64,000 nt of DNA from NCBI GenBank assembly GCA_945865325.1, contig CAMBFA010000001.1, positions 6,645 to 70,644 of the forward strand, written 5' to 3'. Position numbers and translations under genes: made by a program. Position 1 is the first letter of the stretch; each line of letters starts with the position of its first letter. Origin of the DNA: Candidatus Kuenenia stuttgartensis (lineage in GTDB: Bacteria > Planctomycetota > Planctomycetia > Pirellulales > UBA1268). Below are positions 37,801-45,936 of this stretch, piece after piece. The notes under the pieces were generated by a model. The model was not told the DNA's origin. It made no database searches and saw only the letters and a list, made by a program, of their open reading frames with translations.

Positions 37801-38899
37801 CGTGGCTGCCACCGTCGTCCGCGTCGAACTTGCAGAACGCGCCTACGAGATCGCCATCGGGCCCGGGGTGCTCGCCTCATGTGGCGCCGCGCTGGGATCC
37901 GCCGGTGCCCGCCGGGCAGTGATCATCGCCGACGCCGGCGTTCTCTCCACCCACGCCGACGCCGTCGACGCCTCGCTGCGGCATGCCGGAATCGAGACGA
38001 TGACAATCCCCGTCCAGCGGGGCGAGGCGTCAAAATCGGTGACCGAAGCGGCGCGGCTGTGGGAGGCCCTCGCCACCGCGAATGTCGACCGCGCCACCCA
38101 TGTCGTCGCCGTTGGGGGTGGGGTGGTCGGCGATCTGGCCGGTTTCATCGCCGCCACCTTCGCCCGCGGCTTGCCGGTCTGGCAGGTGCCAACCACGCTC
38201 GTCGCCCAGGTCGATTCGGCGATCGGAGGCAAGACCGGGATCAACCTCCACGGTGGCAAAAACCTCGTCGGCGCCTTCTGGCAACCGCGCGGCGTCTTGG
38301 CCGACACCAGGACCCTCGCCACGCTCCCCGAACGCGAGTACGTCAGCGGTCTGGCGGAAGTGGTGAAGTACGGGATGATCCTCGACGCGGCGCTGTTTGA
38401 GAGACTCGAGCTCCGCGCCACGGAGATCCTCGCCCGCGAGCCGGCTGATGTCGAGGCGATCGTCGTCCGTTCGGCCACACTCAAGGCCTCGGTCGTCTCC
38501 CGCGACGAACACGAGCGGACGGGGCTTCGGGCGATCCTCAATTACGGCCACACCTTCGGCCACGCCTATGAGAATGCCATCGGCTACGGCACGCTCCTCC
38601 ATGGCGAGGCGGTCGCCATCGGCATGACCGACGCGGCGGAGCTCGCCGTCCGGCTCGGCCGGATCCCTGCCGAAATCGCCCGACGCCAGAACGCCCTCCT
38701 CACCGCCCTCCACCTGCCGGTGCGACTCCCTTCGGGCCCTAGGCCTTCGCCCCAGGAACTGGTGGCCCTGATGGCCCGCGACAAGAAGACCCTCCACGGC
38801 AGACTCCGGTTCATCCTCTCCAAGCAACTCGGCGAGGTCGAGCTCGTCGAAGGGATCGAGCCCTCCGTCGTGCTCGACGTGCTCGCTCGGATACCGTGA
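37790..38899 (+). CDS. aroB: 3-dehydroquinate synthase
   Basis: GGGVVGDLAGFIAATFARGLPVWQVPTTLVAQVDSAIGGKTGINL, LNYGHTFGHA, HGEAVAIGM. GTG start at 37790, or possibly 37802. Confidence 0.93.
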   Translation: MSPDVAATVVRVELAERAYEIAIGPGVLASCGAALGSAGARRAVIIADAGVLSTHADAVDASLRHAGIETMTIPVQRGEASKSVTEAARLWEALATANVDRATHVVAVGGGVVGDLAGFIAATFARGLPVWQVPTTLVAQVDSAIGGKTGINLHGGKNLVGAFWQPRGVLADTRTLATLPEREYVSGLAEVVKYGMILDAALFERLELRATEILAREPADVEAIVVRSATLKASVVSRDEHERTGLRAILNYGHTFGHAYENAIGYGTLLHGEAVAIGMTDAAELAVRLGRIPAEIARRQNALLTALHLPVRLPSGPRPSPQELVALMARDKKTLHGRLRFILSKQLGEVELVEGIEPSVVLDVLARIP

Positions 38900-39035
38900 G
38901 CTTCGTTCCCCGAAGCGACCGCCAAGCCGACGACCGCACCCGCTCCGCGGCCATGAACGACCGCAGGGGTGATGCAGGACCGCAAGGCCCCGCACCACCC
39001 CCGTCGGGTGTTGTCATTCGCAGAAGGGACGGCGA

Positions 39036-40991
39036 TCAGCGCCAATCCTTCCCCGGCAGCTTTGTCGGCCACTCGTCGTCGGTGAGCCACACGAGCGATG
39101 TCGACGTCGAAGCCAGGCCGGCGGCCTGCTTCGGCTGAGCGGCGGTGATCGCCGCCGAGCCCTCGGCATCGACACTGACACGGACCTGCTCGAAGTCGAC
39201 GTCCGACGTGCACTGGCTCTGGTGGCGCGACGGCCGGAATCCGGCCGGCACCTTCCCGAGCACCGCATCGATCCGCTTCTTGCTTCGAAGACCCGCAAGC
39301 GAGAGCTCGACGGTGTCGCCGATCCGACGAAGGACGGCGTTGTCGAGCCGGGCAGCATCGGGCAATCGCAGCAGCGCCGTGATGTCACGGGCACCAGAAC
39401 GGAGATCGCTCCCGGCAGCCCCCCGCTCTCCCTTCGGACCAGCTGGCCCCACCGCACCAGCCTTCCCGTCGACGCCGTTCTTGCCGTCCTTGCCGGCGGG
39501 GCCCACTGAGCCAGCCTTGCCATCGAGGCCGTTCTTCCCGTCCTTGCCAGACGCACCGGCCGGACCGGCCTTCCCGTCGACGCCGTTCTTGCCATCCTTG
39601 CCCGCGGGGCCCACTGAGCCAGCCTTGCCATCGAGGCCGTTCTTCCCATCCTTGCCAGACGCACCGGCCGGACCGGCCTTCCCGTCGACGCCGTTCTTGC
39701 CGTCCTTGCCCGCCGCACCGGCCAGGCCAGGCTTCCCGTCGACGCCGTTCTTGCCGTCCTTCCCGGCAGGGCCAGCCACGCCGGGCTTCCCATCAACGCC
39801 AGCCTTGCCATCGAGGCCGTTCTTCCCGTCCTTGCCAGCCGCACCGGCCAGGCCAGGCTTCCCGTCGACGCCGTTCTTGCCGTCCTTCCCGGCAGGGCCA
39901 GCCACGCCAGGCTTCCCGTCAGCGCCAGCCTTGCCATCGAGGCCGTTCTTCCCGTCCTTGCCAGGCGTGCCAGCAGGGCCAGCCACGCCGGGCTTCCCGT
40001 CAGCCCCAGCCTTGCCGTCGAGGCCGTTCTTCCCGTCCTTGCCAGACGTGCCAGCAGGGCCAGCCACGCCGGGCTTCCCGTCAGCGCCAGCCTTGCCGTC
40101 GAGGCCGTTCTTCCCGTCCTTGCCAGACGTGCCAGCAGGACCGGCCACACCGGGCTTCCCGTCGGCGCCAGCCTTGCCGTCGAGGCCGTTCTTCCCGTCC
40201 TTGCCAGACGTGCCAGCAGGGCCAGCCACACCGGGCTTCCCGTCAGCGCCAGCCTTGCCGTCGACGCCGTTCTTCCCGTCGACGCCGTTCTTCCCGTCCT
40301 TGCCGGGCGCGCCGTCCTTCCCGTGAAGGCCGTCCTTCCCTGCGGCGCCTGCGGCGCCCGCCAGGCCACGCTCGCCAGCAGGGCCAGCCACACCGGGCTT
40401 CCCGTCAGCGCCAGCCTTGCCGTCGAGGCCATTCTTCCCATCGACGCCGTTCTTCCCGTCCTTGCCGGGCGCGCCGTCCTTCCCTGCGGCGCCTGCGGCG
40501 CCTGCGGCGCCCGCCGGGCCACGCTCACCAGCCGGTCCGGCCACGCCGGGCTTCCCGTCAGCGCCATTCTTGCCGTCGAGGCCGTTCTTCCCGTCCTTGC
40601 CGGGCGCGCCGTCCTTGCCGTGAAGGCCGTCCTTCCCAGGAGCACCAGCGGGGCCCGCCGGGCCACGCTCACCGGCGACACCGGGCAACCCACGCTCCCC
40701 CTGCAGCCCCGTCGCACCAGCGATGCCACGATCGCCGGAGATTCCCTTCTCCCCCTTGGCACCGTGAGCCCCACCGCCGATGCCGATGAGATTCGCGACA
40801 CTGGAGGCAAAACCCTTGCCGTGCCAGAGGTTCAACTCCCGCCACTTCTCAAGATCCTGATCCCACACCCACAGCAGGCCGGCATGCTCCTCATACCAGG
40901 CATCGCCCACGGCTCCATGGCGGGGCAGGCTGGTGCGGTCGTCAATCAGTCCATGAACGGTCTTGATCGGGGGAAACTTCAAAAGGGACAC
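39036..40991 (-). CDS. Collagen-like triple-helix repeat protein with non-collagen N- and C-terminal domains
   Basis: 152 consecutive Gly-X-Y triplets (track-ORF residues 141-596), flanked by a ~73-aa N-terminal and a 122-aa C-terminal domain. The likely start is GTG at 40991, preceded by AGGAG 7 nt upstream. The track ORF runs to 41192 through low-complexity non-coding-looking sequence. Confidence 0.85.
   Translation of the reverse strand: MSLLKFPPIKTVHGLIDDRTSLPRHGAVGDAWYEEHAGLLWVWDQDLEKWRELNLWHGKGFASSVANLIGIGGGAHGAKGEKGISGDRGIAGATGLQGERGLPGVAGERGPAGPAGAPGKDGLHGKDGAPGKDGKNGLDGKNGADGKPGVAGPAGERGPAGAAGAAGAAGKDGAPGKDGKNGVDGKNGLDGKAGADGKPGVAGPAGERGLAGAAGAAGKDGLHGKDGAPGKDGKNGVDGKNGVDGKAGADGKPGVAGPAGTSGKDGKNGLDGKAGADGKPGVAGPAGTSGKDGKNGLDGKAGADGKPGVAGPAGTSGKDGKNGLDGKAGADGKPGVAGPAGTPGKDGKNGLDGKAGADGKPGVAGPAGKDGKNGVDGKPGLAGAAGKDGKNGLDGKAGVDGKPGVAGPAGKDGKNGVDGKPGLAGAAGKDGKNGVDGKAGPAGASGKDGKNGLDGKAGSVGPAGKDGKNGVDGKAGPAGASGKDGKNGLDGKAGSVGPAGKDGKNGVDGKAGAVGPAGPKGERGAAGSDLRSGARDITALLRLPDAARLDNAVLRRIGDTVELSLAGLRSKKRIDAVLGKVPAGFRPSRHQSQCTSDVDFEQVRVSVDAEGSAAITAAQPKQAAGLASTSTSLVWLTDDEWPTKLPGKDWR
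39405..40772 (-). repeat. In-frame tandem repeat region encoding the Gly-X-Y stalk
   Basis: 9-nt periodicity throughout. Nested higher-order units include 81 bp x ~4 (39888-40205; GKDGKNGLDGKAGADGKPGVAGPAGTS) and 108 bp x 2 (39495-39710). Several other frames on both strands stay open for 0.7-1.8 kb here, as a by-product. Confidence 0.9.
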
Positions 40992-41210
40992 GAAAAAACT
41001 CCTGTTTTCGGATGAGTTTTGGCAGGGCTCGGGGCAGAAACCATGGGGCTCACCACGCAAGCACCGAAGCCAGCACAGCCCCCGCAGTCCCCGGAAAATA
41101 CCAATCTCTCCCGGGAAATCAAATGAGAAAGATCGGCCAGCGCGGCCAGATCCAAGGCGGGGGCAGAACAGTCCTGCCGAGGGGCTACCCACAGGAGCCG
41201 CCCAGAGGAG

Positions 41211-42575
41211 TTACCAACGTCCCTCGACCGCCAGACCGCCGAGATCGGCGATCGGCAGGGGGACAACCCGCACCACCATCGAGTCAAAGTGCATTTCCGT
41301 CCGGCTGACGGCCACCGAACTGGCAAACGCCAGATACCAGCCAAGGAACACTTGCGACGGATAGTGGGCGTTGTCGGTCATCCGGGAAAAGCCAACGAAC
41401 GTCGAGCAGACGTACAGCCCCCCCTTGGCCCAGGGATTCTCCACCATCTCAGCCGCGGCCAGGAAAGGAATCGCCCCGATGAAAGCATGTCCGCTGACAC
41501 CGTTGTTGTCGTTGAACATATGCCATTGGCTGCCATAGCCGTCGACCGGGCGCGACGCGCCGGTGGCGAGTTGGAGGACGTAGAGGGGAGGGGCCCCGAC
41601 GACGAACATCCGCAGCGACCTCGACCCCCATTCACCGATGATGTCGCCGGTGGGATTCCCCTCGAGGATGATGCCGGTGATCGCGGCAGCGCCGAACACA
41701 GGGAGGGCATAACGCCCCTCGCCGATATCCTTGCAATTGAGGAAAAACGTTCCCACGTCGGTCGGCTCGACGCCGTCCATCCACGCCGTCTGCATCGTCG
41801 TATCGAAGCCGGTGTTCGCCATCAGGGCGCCGGCACCGAATGCGGCGGTGAGGCAGACGAGGCTGTCGCACGAATAGAAATTGCGGTAGTCCTCCACGAC
41901 TTTGTAACCCGTTCTTGCCAGGCGGGGATAGGCGCTGTGGGCCCACGGGGGCTCACGATCCGCGATCCCGTCGATCCCGTCGCTGGAAAGCCGGGGGAGT
42001 GAGTAGATCGGCTCGGCCGCCGGAGCCAATCTGGCGACGAGCATCGTCGTCACGTCGCGGCTCCCGGAGAGCGGCTGCTCTGTCCGCCAACCGCCGATCA
42101 GTTCCACGCGTCCCGGTCCCGCGGGCGCGTGGGCCTCGGCGATCGACTGCGTCTGGAGCATCGCTTCGATCCAGGCCCCCGTCGCCCCAGGGGAGAAGCG
42201 GACAATGAGTCGCTGCCGGCGCGGCGGCGAGAGGCCCGGACTGGTGGGGATGACTCCCGGCACGAGCGGCTCGGCCGGCGGTTCGACCCACGCCGATTCG
42301 ATTACCCCCTGCCCCGATGAACGGTCTGCGAAATCGGGCTCCACGACCCTCGCCAATGGCCATTCGGCTGCCACCGAAGCCCGGGTCTCACGCCACAATT
42401 CCTGCGGATCGGTGTCGGGGATGAACATGCCCCCCGCTTCCATCGTCGCAGCCGAACGCTCCTCGGCCCACAACGCCCCCTCTCCGGCACCGCTGGCTAG
42501 GAGCAACAAACACCCCAGGGCCATTCCCCGTGAAGGGCGGCAGCGGGCGCGACGGTGGCGGAGCGGTGGACTCAT
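41211..42575 (-). CDS. PAP2-superfamily-like membrane protein with ~230-aa N-terminal extracytoplasmic domain
   Basis: Signal-like MALGCLLLLASGAG. The C-terminal half has several hydrophobic helices, GVSGHAF (PAP2 motif 2, SGH) and FSRMTDNAHYPSQ (motif 3, SR-x5-H-x3, with Q where Asp is usual). Confidence 0.6.
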   Translation of the reverse strand: MSPPLRHRRARCRPSRGMALGCLLLLASGAGEGALWAEERSAATMEAGGMFIPDTDPQELWRETRASVAAEWPLARVVEPDFADRSSGQGVIESAWVEPPAEPLVPGVIPTSPGLSPPRRQRLIVRFSPGATGAWIEAMLQTQSIAEAHAPAGPGRVELIGGWRTEQPLSGSRDVTTMLVARLAPAAEPIYSLPRLSSDGIDGIADREPPWAHSAYPRLARTGYKVVEDYRNFYSCDSLVCLTAAFGAGALMANTGFDTTMQTAWMDGVEPTDVGTFFLNCKDIGEGRYALPVFGAAAITGIILEGNPTGDIIGEWGSRSLRMFVVGAPPLYVLQLATGASRPVDGYGSQWHMFNDNNGVSGHAFIGAIPFLAAAEMVENPWAKGGLYVCSTFVGFSRMTDNAHYPSQVFLGWYLAFASSVAVSRTEMHFDSMVVRVVPLPIADLGGLAVEGRW

Positions 42576-42655
42576 GGGGCGGGGAGTCTTTCAACCCCCG
42601 CGCGATCTGACAAGGCTGGAATCGGGCCGGCCGGGCGCCGCAAGCCCCTGCCTGC

Positions 42656-43867
42656 TCAACGTCCCCCGTTCTTCCCAGCTGGGCTCTCCTCCCCCCCCTG
42701 CCCTCTCCTCCCGGCGCCGTCATCGGCCTCAATGAACACATCGACCTGTTGCCCGACGAAGAGCCGCTTTCCGCTGCCGGGAGGCCCGTCCCGTTCCGGA
42801 GCACAATCGTAGATCACCTGGAGGACGCGAGTGTCCACCCGCTCGGAGTTGTCCCCCGTGAGCGACTTCTTCGGCACGACAAACGGCTCGACCCGGACGA
42901 AGGCGAGGGTGTACTCGGTTCCGGCGCTCCCCCGCGGCACCGCACGGGCTGCGAAGGCCGGATCGAAGCGGTCGATCTCGAACTCGTCGATATCGACACG
43001 CACGTGGAGCCGATCGACATTCCCAAGGACGACCAGCGGCTGCCCCGGCGGAGCACCGACAAACTCTCCGGGCCGGACGTTGACTTGCAGGACCTCGCCC
43101 GCCACGAACGACCGGACCGTGAGCCGATCGATGTCGACTTCCAGCTTGGTGACGTCGGCTTCCGCCTTGAGAACGGCGGCCCGAGACACGTCACGGTCGT
43201 AGTTCCAAGATCCCGCTTCACGGAGGGCCAGCTCCGCCTCGGCCTTCTGGAGAGCCGCGCGGGCGTAGGCATCGGCCTGGCGTTTTTCGATCACGTCCTG
43301 CTCGGTGATCACCTGTTTGGCGAAGATCTCCTCGGCCCTCCGCAGCGCATCGGCAGCCGCGATCCCGGCGGACTTCGCTTCATTGACAGCGGCCACCAAC
43401 GGCGGAATCGTTTCCCGCCGGGGCTCCGCCTCGAGGCGAATCAATTCACTTCGGGCCTGCGACACCGCCGCCTTCCGCACCTCCAACTCGCCGCGCAGAT
43501 CCCGGTCGTCGAGGCAGAACAGCGGCGTCCCCCCCTCGATCCTGTCGCCAACCTTCACGAGCACCTCAACGACGACCCCGGGAGTCGCGGAACCGACGGC
43601 GATGTTCTCCGACTGCGCCTCAACGATCCCGGAACAGGCGAGGGTCGCGGTGAACGGGCTCCGCGGTGGCATGGCCGGCGGGGCCGGCGAGCGCTCCACT
43701 CGACGGGTGCTCCAGACAAACCAGCCGGCGAACGCCGCCAGCGCCACAGCCACCAGGGGGAGCGCAATTTGCGTCGCCAGATCGGCGCTGCTCCTGGGGC
43801 GCTCGAGGCGGTGGTGGACCGCTGCGGATGGGGCAGAATCCGCGGCGGGGGCCGGAGAATCGTTCAT
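42656..43867 (-). CDS. HlyD/DevB-type periplasmic adaptor (membrane fusion protein)
   Basis: N-terminal TM (IALPLVAVALAAFAGWFVW), lipoyl-like VVVEVLVKVGDRIEGGTPLFCLDD, long coiled-coil, beta-barrel domain. ATG at 43867 (MNDSPAP...). Confidence 0.85.
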   Translation of the reverse strand: MNDSPAPAADSAPSAAVHHRLERPRSSADLATQIALPLVAVALAAFAGWFVWSTRRVERSPAPPAMPPRSPFTATLACSGIVEAQSENIAVGSATPGVVVEVLVKVGDRIEGGTPLFCLDDRDLRGELEVRKAAVSQARSELIRLEAEPRRETIPPLVAAVNEAKSAGIAAADALRRAEEIFAKQVITEQDVIEKRQADAYARAALQKAEAELALREAGSWNYDRDVSRAAVLKAEADVTKLEVDIDRLTVRSFVAGEVLQVNVRPGEFVGAPPGQPLVVLGNVDRLHVRVDIDEFEIDRFDPAFAARAVPRGSAGTEYTLAFVRVEPFVVPKKSLTGDNSERVDTRVLQVIYDCAPERDGPPGSGKRLFVGQQVDVFIEADDGAGRRGQGGEESPAGKNGGR

Positions 43868-43877
43868 GGGTGTCTTC

Positions 43878-44618
43878 CTACGTGTGGTGCGGGGGTGCAC
43901 CAATCGCTCCCCTTTTGCGGGCCTCGATCGACACGATCTGACCATCCTCCATCGTCGCGATCCGGTCGGCATAGGGATAGACCCGCTGGTCGTGGGTGAC
44001 GACGATCACGACCCTGTCCGGGCGGACGGCAAGCCCGGCGATCAGTTCCATGGTGATCCGACCATTCTCGGCATCGAGGGCGCTGGTCGGCTCATCGCAG
44101 ATCAGGAGGCGGGGCTCGTGGACGAGCGCCCGGGCGATCGCCACGCGTTGCTGCTGACCGCCGGAAAGCTCGCTCGGCAGATTCGTCAGCCGGCTCCCGA
44201 GCCCGAGCCGGTCGAGGAGGGCCGCCGCGGCCGGGAGGGCCCTTGCCCGCGACGAGCCGGCGATGATCAGCGGCACCGCCGCGTTCTCCACGGCCGTGAG
44301 GGCGGGAAGGAGATTGTAAGACTGGAAGATGAAGCCGACGTTCGAGCGGCGAAACCGCACCCGCGCCGCCGGGGGCATGGCGACAAGATCGTGGCCGAGG
44401 ACATGGACCTCCCCTCCGGTGGGCTGGAGGGTGCCGGCGATGATCGAGACGAGCGTCGTCTTTCCGCATCCGCTCGGGCCGACGAGCATGAGCAACTCGC
44501 CATGGGGGATGTCGAGATCGACTCCGCGCAGCGCCCGCGTCATGGCATCACCGGAGCCGAAGTCGCGAGTCACGCTCCGGACCTGGACGGCGGACGACTG
44601 GGGGATGGTGGGGGGCAT
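43878..44618 (-). CDS. ABC transporter ATP-binding protein (DevA/MacB-NBD-like)
   Basis: GPSGCGKTTL Walker A, LSGGQQQRVAIARAL signature, LLICDEPTSALD Walker B. ATG at 44618. Confidence 0.9.
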   Translation of the reverse strand: MPPTIPQSSAVQVRSVTRDFGSGDAMTRALRGVDLDIPHGELLMLVGPSGCGKTTLVSIIAGTLQPTGGEVHVLGHDLVAMPPAARVRFRRSNVGFIFQSYNLLPALTAVENAAVPLIIAGSSRARALPAAAALLDRLGLGSRLTNLPSELSGGQQQRVAIARALVHEPRLLICDEPTSALDAENGRITMELIAGLAVRPDRVVIVVTHDQRVYPYADRIATMEDGQIVSIEARKRGAIGAPPHHT

Positions 44619-44649
44619 CGGGATTCGCCCGTGACGGCAGGGATGGAGG

Positions 44650-45786
44650 TCAGCCCCTGAAGACGATCGCTGGGTCAACAATGAACACCCGGCGGATCGA
44701 CAGGAGGCTCGCCAGAAGCACGATCAGGAACACCGCCACGGCGGTGATCACGAGCACCTGCCAGGGCATGTAGAACGAGAGCTTCGAAAACGATCGCGTG
44801 CCCCAGCCGAATAGCGCCGCGAGGCCGACACCCACGCCGAGCCCGACGAGCCCCACATGAAGGGCCTGGGCGAGAACCATGAGCAGAATCGTCCCGTTGC
44901 CGGTGCCCATCGCCTTGAGGGCCCCGAACTGCCGAAGATTCTCCACGATGAACAGGTAGAACGTTTGCCCCGCGATGGCGGTGCCGACGAGAAACCCGAG
45001 CCCCACCGTGATGCCGAAATTGATGGGGATCCCTGTGTTGAGCAGATAGTAGCGGATCGTCTTGTCGAGGAAGGCATCGCGCGAGAGGGCCTGAAGCCCG
45101 GTCTGGGACCTGATGCGCTCCGCCAACTCCGCCGCGGCGACGCCGGGGGCCGGCTCGGCAAGGACAAACGACAGCACCTTACGCTCCGGCGGGGCGAACC
45201 GGACGGCCTGGGAGTATCGCGTGTAGACCACAGGAAAGCTCTGGAACGTCTTGCGGGCCCGGGCGAGGCCAACGATCACCGCCCGCCGGTCGTTCATCTC
45301 GATGATCCGCCCCCGCTTGAAGGGCTCTTCCGGCCAGAGCTTCCGGTATCCGACGACGTCCATGATCACCGCGTCGGGAGCACGGAGGTCGTCGATGCTC
45401 CCCTCGATCATGTTCAGCGGAGCGCCGATGAATGTGGCGTCGTCGAGGCCGAGGAGGATCACCTGCTCATAGGAGCCACTTTCGAGCCTGGCCCGGGCGA
45501 TCCCTTTATAGAACCGGACGGCCCAGTCGACGCCCGAAACCCCGCGGACGCGGTAGAGGTGGGTGTCGGCCATCGGCTTGACGTCATCGACATATTTTAC
45601 TTTCGGGTCCATCACCCAAACGCCCGCCCCTTCGACATCGAGGATCTGGCTGACCGTCAGGGCCATCAAGCCACAGAAGATCGACGACTGCTGGGCGATG
45701 AGGAGCGCGGCAAAGGCAACGCCGAACACGATGCCAAGATACTTGGCACGGTTCCCGATCAGCATTTTCCAGGCGATCCAGAGCAT
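44650..45786 (-). CDS. ABC exporter permease, FtsX/DevC-like
   Basis: 378 aa. N-terminal TM, a large periplasmic domain, then three C-terminal TM helices (FtsX fold). The N-terminus MLWIAWKMLIGNRAKYLGIVFGVAFAALLI resembles DevC. Confidence 0.82.
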   Translation of the reverse strand: MLWIAWKMLIGNRAKYLGIVFGVAFAALLIAQQSSIFCGLMALTVSQILDVEGAGVWVMDPKVKYVDDVKPMADTHLYRVRGVSGVDWAVRFYKGIARARLESGSYEQVILLGLDDATFIGAPLNMIEGSIDDLRAPDAVIMDVVGYRKLWPEEPFKRGRIIEMNDRRAVIVGLARARKTFQSFPVVYTRYSQAVRFAPPERKVLSFVLAEPAPGVAAAELAERIRSQTGLQALSRDAFLDKTIRYYLLNTGIPINFGITVGLGFLVGTAIAGQTFYLFIVENLRQFGALKAMGTGNGTILLMVLAQALHVGLVGLGVGVGLAALFGWGTRSFSKLSFYMPWQVLVITAVAVFLIVLLASLLSIRRVFIVDPAIVFRG

Positions 45787-45936
45787 GGGTTCGAGTGTAC
45801 CGGCCGGGGAGCCCGCACGGCGTCACCCCGGCCACCAACGCGAAACGTGCCGCGAACGGATCGTCTGCCCCCGGTCACGCGCCCCACGGGGAGGCTGTGG
45901 TATTCTGCGACTCCGCAACCACGAGCAGGTATCCCC

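Noticed and set aside
39405-40772. Regular short repeats that might suggest a CRISPR array
   Set aside because: The units are contiguous with no unique spacers. The period is a multiple of 9 nt and in-frame with a single long ORF. No cas genes or leader are present.
39014-41015. ORFs 39014..40810 (-) 598 aa, 39145..40326 (+) 393 aa and 40323..41015 (+) 230 aa
   Set aside because: These are alternative frames of the Gly-X-Y repeat. The GGN-NNN-NNN periodicity keeps them open. Their products are monotonous (TARTGRTAS… / PSRPFFPSLP…), and only the Gly-X-Y frame links to non-repetitive end domains and an SD-preceded start.
44857-45936. The N-terminal 360 aa of the 989-aa track ORF 44857..47826
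   Set aside because: This part is antisense to the FtsX/DevC-like permease and lacks helicase motifs. RecQ homology begins only after about 45990, so recQ was started at the in-frame GTG 45937.
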